Shown: positions 43,519-54,935 of the stretch, one piece after another
Numbering within the stretch: position 1 is the stretch's first letter
Layout: the number at the start of each line of letters is the position of its first letter
NCBI GenBank assembly: GCA_963758635.1
Contig: CAVWWD010000003.1
Coordinates: 1,018,292 to 1,082,291, forward strand
Origin: an uncultured Candidatus Rokubacteria bacterium
GTDB lineage: Bacteria; Methylomirabilota; Methylomirabilia; Rokubacteriales; CSP1-6
DNA: 64,000 bases
Direction: 5' to 3'
Program-made: the position numbers and the translations under genes
The notes under the pieces: generated by a model
What the model saw: only the letters and a program-made list of their open reading frames with translations
The model's database searches: none
What the model was told of the DNA's origin: nothing

Positions 43519-43547
43519 TTGACACGCCCCGGGGCATGCGCTACTCA
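43519..43547 (+). promoter_or_regulatory. Candidate sigma70 promoter
   Basis: TTGACA-17 nt-TACTCA upstream of the binding-protein gene. The -10 box is imperfect. Confidence 0.4.
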
Positions 43548-43605
43548 GTGGCGCACGTATCTCCACGTTGGACGACGTGATCGAAGCCCGCACAGGAGGT
43601 CCTGC

Positions 43606-44823
43606 ATGCCGACGCGCCGGGTGGTCTCGTTCCTCTTCGTGCTCGCCGCCGGGCTCGCGCTCGCCGCGGCGCCGCTCGCCGCCCAGACCATCAAGATCGG
43701 CGAGATCAACACGTACAGCGGCATCGCCGCGCCCTTCACCGGGCCGTACCGTCAGGGCGTCGAGCTCGCCCTCGAGGAGGTCAACGCGCGCGGCGGCCTC
43801 CTCGGCGGCCGGAAAGTGGAGATCATCTTCCGCGACGACAAGGGCCAGCCCGCGGAGGCGGTGAAGCACGCGCAGGAGCTCGTCGAGTCCGAGAAGGTCG
43901 CGCTCATCGCGGGCACGTTCCTCTCCAACGTGGGCCTTGCCGTGTCCGACTGGGCGAAGCAGAACAAGACGCTGTTCGTGGCCGCGGAGCCCCTCACCGA
44001 GGCCATCACGTGGTCGAAGGGGCACCGGCACGTCGTGCGCGTGCGGCCGAACACGTACGAGCAGGGGCGGATGCTCGCCGAGGAGGCCGGCCGCCTGCCC
44101 CACAAGAAGTGGGCGACGATCGGGCCGAACTACGAATACGGCAAGCGCGCGTGGGAGACCTTCTGGGAGCGCCTCAAGCAGCTCAAGCCCGACGCGCAGA
44201 ACGTGGGCGAGCACTGGCCCACCCTCGGCAAGCTCGAGCCCGGCGCCTTCGTGGCCGCGATCATGAGCCAGCAGCCCGAGGCCCTCTACGTGTCCCTCTT
44301 CGGGTCGGACTGGATCGCGTTCGCGCGCGAGGCCACCAAGCGCGGCCTCTTCGAGAAGATGTTCGTGGTCGGCATCCTCCTCGGCGAGCCCGAGTACATC
44401 GATCCCCTGAAGACCGAGGCGCCGGAGAAGATGCTCGTCACCGGCTACCCCTGGTACGACATCAGCATGGCCGCCCACACCGACTACGTCGGGCGGTACC
44501 AGAAGCGCTTCGACAAGCCCCCCGTGCTGGGCTCGCTCGTCGGCTACGTCACGTACCTCTCGGTGTTCGAGGCCATCCGCAAGGCGGGCAGCGCCGACAC
44601 CGAGAAGCTGATCGCCGCGTTCCAGAACCTGAAGGTGGAGACGCCGATCGGCCCCATCACCTTCCGCGCCTCCGACGGCCAGTCCACGATGGGCGCGTGG
44701 GTCGGCTACACGAAGGTCGACCCGAAGCGGGGCGTCGGCGTCATGATCAACCACAAGTACGTGCCGGGCGAGAAGGTCCTGCCGTCCGACGAGGAGGTCC
44801 GGAAGCTCCGCCCCGCGAACTGA
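43606..44823 (+). CDS. Orphan branched-chain-type ABC substrate-binding protein
   Basis: RBS AGGAGG, signal peptide, IKIGEINTYS, EEVNARGG, RDDKGQP. Confidence 0.9.
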   Translation: MPTRRVVSFLFVLAAGLALAAAPLAAQTIKIGEINTYSGIAAPFTGPYRQGVELALEEVNARGGLLGGRKVEIIFRDDKGQPAEAVKHAQELVESEKVALIAGTFLSNVGLAVSDWAKQNKTLFVAAEPLTEAITWSKGHRHVVRVRPNTYEQGRMLAEEAGRLPHKKWATIGPNYEYGKRAWETFWERLKQLKPDAQNVGEHWPTLGKLEPGAFVAAIMSQQPEALYVSLFGSDWIAFAREATKRGLFEKMFVVGILLGEPEYIDPLKTEAPEKMLVTGYPWYDISMAAHTDYVGRYQKRFDKPPVLGSLVGYVTYLSVFEAIRKAGSADTEKLIAAFQNLKVETPIGPITFRASDGQSTMGAWVGYTKVDPKRGVGVMINHKYVPGEKVLPSDEEVRKLRPAN

Positions 44824-44847
44824 GCGCGGCGAGCGCGGGAGGGCGGG

Positions 44848-45693
44848 TCAGCGCCCCTCGCGCCCGACCTGCTCGGCGTACGCGGTCCGGTAGCCGTCGT
44901 AGGACCGCGCGTAGGCGGCCCGGGCCGCCTCGTCCAGGTCGGCGGCCGGCGCCGGCTCGAGGTCGAAGTGGCCGAACGCGTCCACGCCGCGGACAAGCAT
45001 GGCAGGGGGCCGGTGCGCGCCGAGGTGGCGCACGTGGGTCGGGATGTAGCTGATCGCCAGGCCGATGCGACGCCCGTGCGAGCGGTTCGGCTGCGACCGG
45101 TGCAGGCACAGCGTGTGGTGGAGCGAGAACTCTCCTGGGCGCAGGGGTGCGTGGACGGCAGGCGCGTCGTCCACCTCTCCGACGATGGCCTGACCCGCCC
45201 GGTTCACGCTGTCGGTGACCACTCCCGCCCGATGAGGCCGCTGCCCGCCGGCGTGGCTGCCCGGCAAGAACTCCATGCACCCGTTCGTGGCCGTCGCATC
45301 GGTGAAGGCGAGCCATGCCGTCACGTGCGCATACGGACGCAGGCCGAAGTAGGTGGCGTCCTGATGCCAGGCGGCGATAGCCGCCGTGTCCGGCTCCTTG
45401 ATGAACCAGGTCGAGGTGTACACGAGGATGTCGGGACCGATCAGGTCCTCGACGGCATCCAGGATGGCGGGGTGCCGAGCGAGGCCGTACACCCACGCCA
45501 GGAGGACGTGCGTCCGTGAACGGTAACGCGGATCCGTCGCGTCGGACGTGAGCGGCCCGCCCACGGCCCGCTCGAACGCTTCGAGCTTTCCTCGGTACTC
45601 CGCGGCCTCTTCACTCGTGAGCGCCACGACGGGCGACACGAAACCATCGCGCTCGTAGCTGGCCACCTGGGCCGACGACAGCTTCCGCGGCAT
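44848..45693 (-). CDS. Phytanoyl-CoA dioxygenase (PhyH)-family Fe(II)/2OG oxygenase
   Basis: YERDGF, WHQD, NGCM..PGSH, LHRSQPN.S..RR. Confidence 0.9.
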   Translation of the reverse strand: MPRKLSSAQVASYERDGFVSPVVALTSEEAAEYRGKLEAFERAVGGPLTSDATDPRYRSRTHVLLAWVYGLARHPAILDAVEDLIGPDILVYTSTWFIKEPDTAAIAAWHQDATYFGLRPYAHVTAWLAFTDATATNGCMEFLPGSHAGGQRPHRAGVVTDSVNRAGQAIVGEVDDAPAVHAPLRPGEFSLHHTLCLHRSQPNRSHGRRIGLAISYIPTHVRHLGAHRPPAMLVRGVDAFGHFDLEPAPAADLDEAARAAYARSYDGYRTAYAEQVGREGR

Positions 45694-46490
45694 GGTCAGG
45701 TCACTCTCGCGTCGGGATCGAACCGGTGCGCCGATTCTGCGTTACCGGCACGTGCCCTGGCAAGGGACGCCTCCGGTCCCGAGGCAAGCGCGTCGGATGA
45801 CCGCGCCCCGCCTCTGGCGGCCGTGCGCTACACCGCAGCGGCCGCAGGCCAACGGGTGGAGGCCGAGCGGGTCAGGCCGGCCAATGGGCACGAACGGGCG
45901 GTTGGAATGCTCGATAGCCCTGAGCTATGATGCAGCAGCCCGGGAACCCGCATGGATAGCGGGGTTCCGCGTGTCCCGCTCCCAGGTAGCGCTACCACGG
46001 CCCAAAACCGGCCCCGATGGCAGGGGCAGCCATCATCCCCGCTACGCGCGTCAATGGTCCGGGTCACCTGCTCCCGGACCATGTGTCCGCGTGACCGGTG
46101 GGTGGACGTGGTCTGGTTCACCTGCGGCTCCCTGCCATTCTGTTGACGGGATTCCTTACATCTGGCGACCCTAGTCTGCCGGCCACAATTTGGCTGGACT
46201 GCCGATGCCACATAACTGTAGGCCCTGCTGGTAGTTCACCTGGTTTGGCCACTTTTGTCATCAGTGGCACGTCGGCTGCACCTGGGACGGCGGCCCTGTG
46301 CGGGCAATCACGCCAGGGGTGGGGCGCGGAAACTCTGGAGAGCCTGGGGCACAGGCGGAAGGCGGGCTGGGGGTGAAGTGGACTTGTCTGCGGTGTGGGG
46401 AGCAACGGCTATGACCTGGGCTGGGTGGTTTGCCATCCTCCCTCACCGGCACGAGCAGGGTGCAGCGTAGTCTTCAATGGAGGAAGAGCC

Positions 46491-49400
46491 ATGGACATGC
46501 CCACTTTGCCTTCCGTCTTGACGGAAGCCGAGCGTAGCCGGCTCCTGGTCGAGTGGAACGAGACCAGCACCCCGTATCCCCGGGACAAGAGCATCGCGGC
46601 CCTGTTCGAGGCCCAGGTGGAACGGACCCCCGACGCTGTCGCCGTCGTCAGCAGGGAGGCGTCGATCAGCTATCGGGAGATGGAACGGCGGGCCAACCAA
46701 CTCGCCCGCCACCTGCGGGGACTCGGCGTAGACCGGGGCACGTTTGTCGGCGTCTGCCTCGACCGATCCGCAGACCTGGTCGTGGCGTTCCTCGCGACCC
46801 TGAAGGCCGGGGGCGCCTATGTCCCGTTGGATCCCTCCTATCCGGCGGAGCGCCTGGCGTTCATGCTGCAGGATACCCGCGCGCGAGTCCTCCTGACCGA
46901 GGAGCGCCTCCGCGCGACGTTCCCTGCCGGCGCGGCCCGCGTTGTCTGCCTCGACAGTGACTGGCCTACGATCGCGCGCGAACCCGAAGGGCCGCCCGAG
47001 GGCAGCGCGCGCGCAGACGACCTCGCCTATGTCATCTATACCTCCGGCTCCACGGGGACTCCCAAAGGGGTCGCGGTACCCCACCGCGCCATCGCCCGCC
47101 TTGTCCTCGGTGCCGACTACGTGCAGCTCGCGCCGGACGATGTGGTCGCCCAGGCCTCCAATGCCGCCTTCGATGCCGCCACATTTGAAATCTGGGGGGC
47201 GCTGCTCAACGGTGCCCGCCTCACGATCGTGCCCCACGACGTGGTGCTCTCACCGCCCGATCTGGCCGCCCACCTGGCGCGGCACCGGGTCACCACGTTG
47301 TTCCTGACGACGGCACTCTTCAACCAGTGTGCCCATCAGGTGCCGACAGCCTTCCGGTCGCTGCGCCACCTGCTGTTCGGCGGCGAGGCCGTCGAACCGC
47401 GGTGGGTGGCGGAGGTCCTCCGGAACGGACCTCCCGAGCGCCTGCTCCACGTCTACGGTCCCACGGAGACGACCACCTTCGCCACGTGGTACCGGGTCGA
47501 GAGCGTGCCGGAACAGGCCGCCACCATCCCCATCGGCCGACCCATCGCCAACACGCAATGTTACGTGCTCGATGAGCGGGGCAACCCGGTGGCCATCGGC
47601 ATGCCGGGGGAACTGTACATCGGGGGCGACGGGCTGGCGCGCGGTTACCTGCACCGTCCCGAACTGACGGCCGAACGGTTCGTCGCGCACCCGTTCAGCG
47701 CCCACCCGCCGGCGCGGCTCTACCGGACAGGGGACCGCGTCCGCTACCGGGCCGACGGGGCCATCGAGTTCCTCGGCCGATTCGACGACCAGGTGAAGAT
47801 CCGCGGCTTCCGTGTGGAACCGGGCGAGATCGAAGCGGCGCTGGCGGCCCTGCCGGCGGTACGCGAGGCCGTCGTGATGGCCCGCGAGGACCCGGCGGGG
47901 GAGCGGCGCCTCGTGGCCTATGTGGTTCCCCGCGATCCGTCGGCCGGCGGCGCGGCCGAGCTGCGTGCTTCCCTCAGGGAGAGGCTACCGGAGTACATGG
48001 TGCCGGCGGTGTTCGTGTTCCTTGATGCGTTGCCCTTGAATCCCAACGGCAAGGTGGATCGATCTGCGCTTCCGGTGCCTGAAGCCCTTCCGCCGGACGC
48101 GGGGGAGGCTTTCGTGGCGCCCCGCACTCCGTCGGAGGAACTGCTGGCGGGGATCTGGGCCGAGGTTCTCGGAATCGCGCACGTCGGCGCCCACGACAAC
48201 TTCTTCGACCTCGGCGGTCATTCCCTCAAGGCCGGACAGATCGGCGCCCGCGTGCGGGACCTCTTCCAGGTCGAACTCCCCCTGCGCAGCCTCTTCGAGA
48301 ATCCCACCGTGGCTGGGCTCGCAGGGATCCTCGAGCAGATCGGACGCGAAGGACACCCGCCCGAGCCGCCCATCGTGCCCAGGCCGCGGGAGGGCCGGCT
48401 TCCCCTGTCCTTCTCGCAGGAGCGGGTGTGGTTCATCCAGCAGTTGGCGCCCGACAACATTGCATACAATTTCCAGACCGCGCCCCGGATCATGGGACCG
48501 CTCGATGCGGCGGTCCTGGAGCGATGCCTCAGTGAGATCGTCCGGCGGCATGAAAGTTTCCGCACCACCTTCCCTGCGGTGGATGGCGCGCCGACCCAGG
48601 TGATCCATCCGGCCCGACAGGTGAAGCTGCCGGTGGTGGACTTGTCGTCGGTGCCTGCGCCCGAGCGTGACGCGGCCGCCGAGCGCATCATCCACGAGGA
48701 ATTCCGAAAGTCTTTCGATCTCACGCAGCTCCCGCTGATCCGGTGGACCCTGGTCCGGCTGGACCCTCGGGAGCACCTCCTCCTCCACGTGGAGCATCAC
48801 GTCGTCCACGACGGGTGGTCCTTCAATGTCTTCCTCCGCGAGCTGGTGGACCTCTACACAGCCTTTTCTCAGGGGCACCCCTCGCCCCTGCCCGAGTTGC
48901 CGGTTCAGTTCGTGGACTTCGCCTGTTGGCAGCGGGAGTGGATGCAGGGCCAGGTGGCGGAGGACCAACTCGCGTACTGGCGACAGAAGCTGACGGGAAG
49001 CGCCCCGGTCCTGGAGCTGCCTACCGATCGACCGCGCCCGCCGGTGCGGCGGTTTCAAGGTGCAGCGCCGCGGTTCGAGCTGCCGCCGGACCTTTGCGAG
49101 AGCTTGCGGGCCCTCAGCCGACAGGAGGGCGTCACGCTCTTCATGACGATGCTCGCGGGCTTCGTGACGCTGCTGCACCGGTACACCGGGCAGACGGACA
49201 TCCCCGTGGGGTCCGGCATCGCCAATCGCCGCTGGCGCGAGACCGAAGGGCTCATCGGGATGATCATCAATAACGTCGTCCTGCGGGCCGATCTCTCCGG
49301 CGACCCCTCGGTGCGGGAGCTGTTGCCGCGTGTGCGCGAGGTGGTCCTGGAGGCCAGCGCCAACCAGGACGTGCCGTTCGACCGAGTGGTGGAAGCCCTT

Positions 49401-52400
49401 CAGCCCAAGCGCGATCTCAGCCACAACCCGCTCTTCCAGGTGATGTTCAGCTTCCACGACGAGCCGATGCCCAACCGGCACCTGCCGGGGCTCACCGTGC
49501 GGGACCTCATGGTCCGGAGCAACGGCTCGGCCAAGTTCGACATGGGCCTGGTCGTGGCTCCCCATTCGGCCCAGTGCATCGCGGAAGGCAAGGGGGGGGG
49601 CCGCGACGGGTTGACCGTTGTCTGGGAGTACGATACGGACCTTTTCGGCGAGGCGACGGTCGGTCGCATGATGGGGCACTACCAGACGATCCTCGAGGCG
49701 ATGGTGCGGGACCCTGCCCGGCCGCTCTCGGCTATCGACCTCCTGTCCGAGAGCGAACGGCATCGGCTCTGCGTCGAATGGAACGCCACCGCGAGGGACT
49801 ATCCGAAGGACGCCAGCCTCGCCGCCCTCTTCGAGGTGCAGGCGGCGCGAACGCCTGACGCGCTGGCGGTAGCCTCTGGAGAGAACCGCCTAACGTACCG
49901 GGACTTGAACCGGCGGGCCAACCAGTTGGCCCACTACCTACGTGCCTTGGGCGTGGGACCGGAGGTGTTGGTAGCAATCTGTATGGACCGCTCCCCGGAG
50001 ATGGTCATCGGGCTCCTGGGCATCCTGAAGGCGGGTGGGGCGTACGTGCCATTGGATCCGGATTATCCGAGGGAGCGGCTCGGGTACATCTTGGAGGACT
50101 CCAACGCTTTGATCGTATTGACGCAGCAATCGCTCACACACCAACTGCCGAGCTTTGCCGGAAGATCTATTTGTCTTGACGCGAACTGGAACGAAATAGC
50201 CGCTGCACCCGTGGAGAATCCCGTCACACAGGTAAAGACAGAACACCTGGCGTACGTGCTGTTCACATCAGGATCAACCGGCAGGCCCAAAGGCGTAGCC
50301 ATTGAGCATCGCAGGGCCGTAAACTTCGTCCAGTGGGCACAGGAGGTCTTCTCCGCAGCGGAACTCGAGGGCGTATTGTTTTCTACATCGGTGTGCTTCG
50401 ACTTGTCCATCTTCGAGATGTTTGTCACTTTGAACGCAGGCGGTACCGTCATCCTGGCGCCGAATGCGCTCCACCTGCCCACGCTGCCATGCAAGAACGA
50501 CGTGACCTTGATCAACACTGTCCCGTCCGCCATCGCCGAATTGGTGCGGATGGGAGCGATTCCACCTTCGGTCAAGACAGTGAATCTTGCCGGTGAGGCT
50601 CTGCCTGATGCGCTGGTGGAGCAGATCTACGCAACGACAAATGTCAGCAGCGTCTACAACCTTTACGGACCGACCGAGACGACTACATACTCCACGTACA
50701 CACGGGTTCCTCGCGGCGGCCCGGTCACCATTGGCCGGCCCATCGCCAACACCCAGGTATACATTCTGGACGGGAATTATCAGCCGGTGCCGGTGGGGAT
50801 CGTGGGAGAACTGTTCATCGGGGGCGATGGGGTGGCCCGAGGTTATCTCAATCGACCCGAATTGACTGGTGAGCGGTTTATCTCCAACCCCTTCGACCCA
50901 ACGGGAGACGGCAGGCTCTACCGAACCGGCGATCGGGCTCGCTTTCGCGTGGACGGCACAATTGAGTTCCTGGGGCGGGCCGACAACCTGGTGAAACTCC
51001 GGGGCTTCCGGATCGAGCTGGGCGAAATCGAGACTGTCCTGGGCCAACACGCCCAGGTGCAGGCGGCAGTCGTGGTGGTCGGCCAGGCGTCCCCCGGGGA
51101 CCCTCGCGTGATGGCCTACGTCGTACCGCGCCCCGGAATCGTCCCGACCGGCGGAGACCTGCGACGTTTCCTCGAGGAGAAGCTCCCCGAGTACATGGTG
51201 CCCTCCGCGTATCGTGTGGTGGAAGCGCTGCCGTTGCTGCCCAATGGCAAAGTCGATCGCCAAGCGCTGGCGGCGCTGGAGCCGATGCCCTCCGAGCGGG
51301 AAACGGCCTACGTCGCGCCCCGCACGCCGGTAGAGGAGGGCTTGGCACAGATCTGGGCCGAGCTCTTGCACGTGGAGCGGGTGGGTGTTCACGACGACCT
51401 CTTCGAGCTGGGCGGCCACTCCCTGCTGGCCGCCCGGGTCATGGCCCGCGTGTGCGACGTTTTTCAGGTGCAGGTGCCACTCCGACGCCTCTTCGAGAAG
51501 CCCACCGTGGCGGACCTGGCTGAAGGCATCGAAATGGCCCGCGCTGTGGTGCATGGCGAGGAAGCTGTGCCGATCCGGCCCGTCCCCCGAGAGGGTCCAT
51601 TTCCCCTGTCCGTTACCCAGATGCGGTTCTGGCTCCTCGATCAGTTGCAGCCTGCCAGCGTCAATAATCTCCCCTACTTCTTCCGCATCACGGGCCCGCT
51701 GGACGTGGCGGCGCTCAGGCACAGCCTCCAGGCGGTGGTGAATCGGCACGAAGTCTTGCGCACGATATTCCCCAGCCAGAATGGCCAGCCGCGGCAAGTC
51801 ATTGTCCCCGAACTGACCGTGGCGATCCCAGTCATCGATCTGCAAAATATCCCGGAGGGAGAACGGGAGGAACGGGCACGGCAGACGTGCGCCGAGGAGG
51901 AACGTCGGCCCTTCGACCTCGGGGGCGGTCCGCTGGTCCGGGCCCTGCTGTTGCGGCTGGGCGAGTGCGACCACATATTTCACCTGAACCTGCACCACAT
52001 CGTCAGCGACGCGTGGTCAATGAGCGTTCTGAAACGCGAGATCGCAGTCGAGTACGGAGCGATCCGGGCCGGGGAGCCCTCGCCGGTGCGGCCGCTCCCC
52101 ATCCAATATGCGGATTTCACTGTGTGGCACCTGAAGCGTCTGCAAGGGAAAATGGGGGAAGCACAGCTTGCCTATTGGAAGCGCCAGCTTGCCGGGGACC
52201 TTCCAGTTCTCGAGCTACCGACCGACCGTCCGCGGCCGCCCGTCCAGACCTTCCGGGGTACGCAGGAACCCCTCACCCTCTCCCAGCCCCTCTGCCGGGG
52301 GCTCGCGGCGCTGAGCCAACGGGAGGGGGCCAGCATATTCATGACGCTCCTGGCGGCCTTCCAGCTCCTCCTGCATCGCTACACGGGGGCCGACGATGTC

Positions 52401-54755
52401 GTCGTGGGCGCGCCGGTGGCGGGCCGCGACCGGGTCGAGGTCGAAGGACTCCTCGGCTGTTTTCTCAATACCCTGGTCCTCCGCACCGACCTCTCCGGCA
52501 ACCCCACGTTCCGGGAGCTGCTGGGACGGGTCCGCGAGGTTGCCCTGGGCGCGTACACCCACCAGGACGTGCCCTTCGAGAAACTGGTGGATGAATTGCG
52601 CCCGGTGTGGGACCCAAGTCGAACGCCTCTCGTCCAAGTGATGCTCAACATGCATAACTTCTCGGATGGCGAGTTCCCGTTGCCCGGACTCACCGTGACA
52701 CGACTCCCCAACTTCCAGATCGAACCGATGTACGACCTGAGCTTGTTGTACCGGGAATCGGAGGAAGGCATCACCGGCCATTTCGAGTACAACACTGACC
52801 TCTTCGACCGGGCCACGATTCGCCGGTTGCTCGGGCACTATCAGACCCTCTTGGAAGGCATCGTGGCCACGCCGGACCGCCCTATTGGCGAACTCCCGCT
52901 CCTGACGGACGCCGAGCGGCACCAGCTCCTGGTCGCCTGGAACGCGACGGCGACGGCCTACCCCCGGGACGCCTGCATTCATACCTTGTTCGAGGCGCAA
53001 GTTGCGCGGACCCGCGACGCCGTCGCCCTCGCCTGGGACGGCGGGACACTGACCTATGCCGCGCTCAATGCCCGCGCTAACCAACTTGCTCATCGCCTGC
53101 GGGCCCTCGGCGTCGGCCCCGACACCCTGGTCGGCGTCGCCCTGGACCGCTCCCCCGACCTTATCGTCGCCCTCCTGGGGATCCTCAAGGCCGGGGGGGC
53201 CTATTGTCCCCTCGACCCCGAGTACCCCCCGGACCGACTGGCATTCATGTGCCAGGACGCCGCCCCGGCCGTGATCCTCACCACCACGGCCCTGGGCGCC
53301 CGACTCCCCGCGACGGCCGTCCTCCTCCGTCTCGACGCCGAGGCGGCGGCCCTCGCCCAGGAGGCCACGGCCAATCCCCCTTGTCCGGCCACCGGCGACA
53401 GCCTCGCCTACGTCATGTACACCTCGGGTTCCACCGGCATGCCGAAGGGCACGGCCATCCCCCAGCGCGGCGTCGTCCGCCTCGTGCAGGGGACGGACTA
53501 TGTCCACTTCGGGCCCGACGAGGTGTTCCTCCAGTTCGCGCCGATCTCCTTCGATGCCTCCACCTTCGAGATCTGGGGAGCCCTGTTGAACGGGGCCCGG
53601 CTGGTTCTTGCCCCCCCCGACCGCACGGCCCTGGCGGACCTGGGAGCTCTCTTGCGGCGCCACCGCGTCACCACGCTGTGGCTCACGGCGGGCCTCTTCC
53701 ACCACATGGTGGATCACCACCTGGAAGATCTCGCCGCCGTCCCCCAGGTCCTGGCCGGAGGCGACGTCCTCTCGCCGCCGCACGTCCAGCGGGCCCTCGC
53801 CGCCGGCGTCCGCTGTCTCATCAACGGCTATGGGCCCACCGAGAACACAACCTTCACCTGTACCCACACCCTCACCGACCCCGCCCAGGTGAACGGACCC
53901 ATCCCCATCGGCCGACCCATCGCCAACACGCAATGTTACGTGCTCGATGAGCGGGGCAACCCGGTGGCCATCGGCATGCCGGGGGAACTGTACATCGGGG
54001 GCGACGGGCTGGCGCGCGGTTACCTGCACCGTCCCGAACTGACGGCCGAACGGTTCGTCGCGCACCCGTTCAGCGCCCACCCGCAGGCGCGGCTCTACCG
54101 GACAGGGGACCGCGTCCGGTACCGGGCCGACGGGGCCATCGAGTTCCTCGGCCGATTCGACGACCAGGTGAAGATCCGCGGCTTCCGTGTGGAACCGGGC
54201 GAGATCGAAGCGGCGCTGGCGGCCCTGCCGGCGGTACGCGAGGCCGTCGTGATGGCCCGCGAGGACCCGGCGGGGGAGCGGCGCCTCGTGGCCTATGTGG
54301 TTCCCCGCGATCCGTCGGCCGGCGGCGCGGCCGAGCTGCGTGCTTCCCTCAGGGAGAAGCTACCGGAGTACATGGTGCCCTCCGCGTATCGTGTGGTGGA
54401 AGCGCTGCCGTTGCTGCCCAATGGCAAAGTCGATCGCCAAGCGCTGGCGGCGCTGGAGCCGATCCCTTCCGAGCGGGAGACCGCCTATGCCGCTCCTGAA
54501 ACTCCGGTGGAACAGAGCCTGGCTCAGATCTGGGCCGATCTCTTAGGCGTGGAGCGGGTAGGTATTCACGACAACTTCTTCGAATTGGGGGGCCATTCCT
54601 TACTTGCGACCCGCGTTCTCGCGCGGGTGTGGGACCGGCTTGGGGTGAACGTTCCTCTCGCGTCGTTGTTTGAGAACCCGACGGTCGCGGGGCTGGCCGT
54701 TGCCATCACCCAGCGAATATTGGGCGATGTCCCGCCGGCGGTTGAACGTGGATGA
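46491..54755 (+). CDS. Trimodular NRPS A1-T1-C1-A2-T2-C2-A3-T3 with no terminal TE/R domain
   Basis: Three A domains ((Y/F)TSGSTG.PKG, YGPTE, YRTGD, NGKVDR), three GGHSL carrier sites, and C motifs EHHVVHDG and HHIVSDA. ATG at 46491 follows GGAGG. Confidence 0.95.
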   Translation: MDMPTLPSVLTEAERSRLLVEWNETSTPYPRDKSIAALFEAQVERTPDAVAVVSREASISYREMERRANQLARHLRGLGVDRGTFVGVCLDRSADLVVAFLATLKAGGAYVPLDPSYPAERLAFMLQDTRARVLLTEERLRATFPAGAARVVCLDSDWPTIAREPEGPPEGSARADDLAYVIYTSGSTGTPKGVAVPHRAIARLVLGADYVQLAPDDVVAQASNAAFDAATFEIWGALLNGARLTIVPHDVVLSPPDLAAHLARHRVTTLFLTTALFNQCAHQVPTAFRSLRHLLFGGEAVEPRWVAEVLRNGPPERLLHVYGPTETTTFATWYRVESVPEQAATIPIGRPIANTQCYVLDERGNPVAIGMPGELYIGGDGLARGYLHRPELTAERFVAHPFSAHPPARLYRTGDRVRYRADGAIEFLGRFDDQVKIRGFRVEPGEIEAALAALPAVREAVVMAREDPAGERRLVAYVVPRDPSAGGAAELRASLRERLPEYMVPAVFVFLDALPLNPNGKVDRSALPVPEALPPDAGEAFVAPRTPSEELLAGIWAEVLGIAHVGAHDNFFDLGGHSLKAGQIGARVRDLFQVELPLRSLFENPTVAGLAGILEQIGREGHPPEPPIVPRPREGRLPLSFSQERVWFIQQLAPDNIAYNFQTAPRIMGPLDAAVLERCLSEIVRRHESFRTTFPAVDGAPTQVIHPARQVKLPVVDLSSVPAPERDAAAERIIHEEFRKSFDLTQLPLIRWTLVRLDPREHLLLHVEHHVVHDGWSFNVFLRELVDLYTAFSQGHPSPLPELPVQFVDFACWQREWMQGQVAEDQLAYWRQKLTGSAPVLELPTDRPRPPVRRFQGAAPRFELPPDLCESLRALSRQEGVTLFMTMLAGFVTLLHRYTGQTDIPVGSGIANRRWRETEGLIGMIINNVVLRADLSGDPSVRELLPRVREVVLEASANQDVPFDRVVEALQPKRDLSHNPLFQVMFSFHDEPMPNRHLPGLTVRDLMVRSNGSAKFDMGLVVAPHSAQCIAEGKGGGRDGLTVVWEYDTDLFGEATVGRMMGHYQTILEAMVRDPARPLSAIDLLSESERHRLCVEWNATARDYPKDASLAALFEVQAARTPDALAVASGENRLTYRDLNRRANQLAHYLRALGVGPEVLVAICMDRSPEMVIGLLGILKAGGAYVPLDPDYPRERLGYILEDSNALIVLTQQSLTHQLPSFAGRSICLDANWNEIAAAPVENPVTQVKTEHLAYVLFTSGSTGRPKGVAIEHRRAVNFVQWAQEVFSAAELEGVLFSTSVCFDLSIFEMFVTLNAGGTVILAPNALHLPTLPCKNDVTLINTVPSAIAELVRMGAIPPSVKTVNLAGEALPDALVEQIYATTNVSSVYNLYGPTETTTYSTYTRVPRGGPVTIGRPIANTQVYILDGNYQPVPVGIVGELFIGGDGVARGYLNRPELTGERFISNPFDPTGDGRLYRTGDRARFRVDGTIEFLGRADNLVKLRGFRIELGEIETVLGQHAQVQAAVVVVGQASPGDPRVMAYVVPRPGIVPTGGDLRRFLEEKLPEYMVPSAYRVVEALPLLPNGKVDRQALAALEPMPSERETAYVAPRTPVEEGLAQIWAELLHVERVGVHDDLFELGGHSLLAARVMARVCDVFQVQVPLRRLFEKPTVADLAEGIEMARAVVHGEEAVPIRPVPREGPFPLSVTQMRFWLLDQLQPASVNNLPYFFRITGPLDVAALRHSLQAVVNRHEVLRTIFPSQNGQPRQVIVPELTVAIPVIDLQNIPEGEREERARQTCAEEERRPFDLGGGPLVRALLLRLGECDHIFHLNLHHIVSDAWSMSVLKREIAVEYGAIRAGEPSPVRPLPIQYADFTVWHLKRLQGKMGEAQLAYWKRQLAGDLPVLELPTDRPRPPVQTFRGTQEPLTLSQPLCRGLAALSQREGASIFMTLLAAFQLLLHRYTGADDVVVGAPVAGRDRVEVEGLLGCFLNTLVLRTDLSGNPTFRELLGRVREVALGAYTHQDVPFEKLVDELRPVWDPSRTPLVQVMLNMHNFSDGEFPLPGLTVTRLPNFQIEPMYDLSLLYRESEEGITGHFEYNTDLFDRATIRRLLGHYQTLLEGIVATPDRPIGELPLLTDAERHQLLVAWNATATAYPRDACIHTLFEAQVARTRDAVALAWDGGTLTYAALNARANQLAHRLRALGVGPDTLVGVALDRSPDLIVALLGILKAGGAYCPLDPEYPPDRLAFMCQDAAPAVILTTTALGARLPATAVLLRLDAEAAALAQEATANPPCPATGDSLAYVMYTSGSTGMPKGTAIPQRGVVRLVQGTDYVHFGPDEVFLQFAPISFDASTFEIWGALLNGARLVLAPPDRTALADLGALLRRHRVTTLWLTAGLFHHMVDHHLEDLAAVPQVLAGGDVLSPPHVQRALAAGVRCLINGYGPTENTTFTCTHTLTDPAQVNGPIPIGRPIANTQCYVLDERGNPVAIGMPGELYIGGDGLARGYLHRPELTAERFVAHPFSAHPQARLYRTGDRVRYRADGAIEFLGRFDDQVKIRGFRVEPGEIEAALAALPAVREAVVMAREDPAGERRLVAYVVPRDPSAGGAAELRASLREKLPEYMVPSAYRVVEALPLLPNGKVDRQALAALEPIPSERETAYAAPETPVEQSLAQIWADLLGVERVGIHDNFFELGGHSLLATRVLARVWDRLGVNVPLASLFENPTVAGLAVAITQRILGDVPPAVERG
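53899..54379 (+). repeat. 481-bp near-identical intragenic repeat of 47524-48004
   Basis: Direct comparison of the two segments; about 3 mismatches seen by eye. Confidence 0.9.
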
Positions 54756-54935
54756 GCACGACGGCTCGGGTGCCGAGCATATCGCGCGCGACGCTCGTGA
54801 AGCCGCGCCAATCATTGGTGGGATGATGGAAAACAGGGGCGGCAATCGTACGCCCTGATCATCCCCCCAATTGGGGTGTGTCTTGAACCTCCCCATGAAT
54901 CGGCACGTGTCTCCAACGCCCCGGCTTGTCGTTTG

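Noticed and set aside
41507..43537. KdsB with long repetitive N-terminal extension
   Set aside because: The upstream part is off-frame LLM sequence plus the 63-bp tandem repeat; KdsB homology starts at ATG 42238.
45692..46470. Short ORFs upstream of the NRPS as MbtH or precursor peptides
   Set aside because: No MbtH tryptophan pattern, no clear RBS and no coding-like codon bias.
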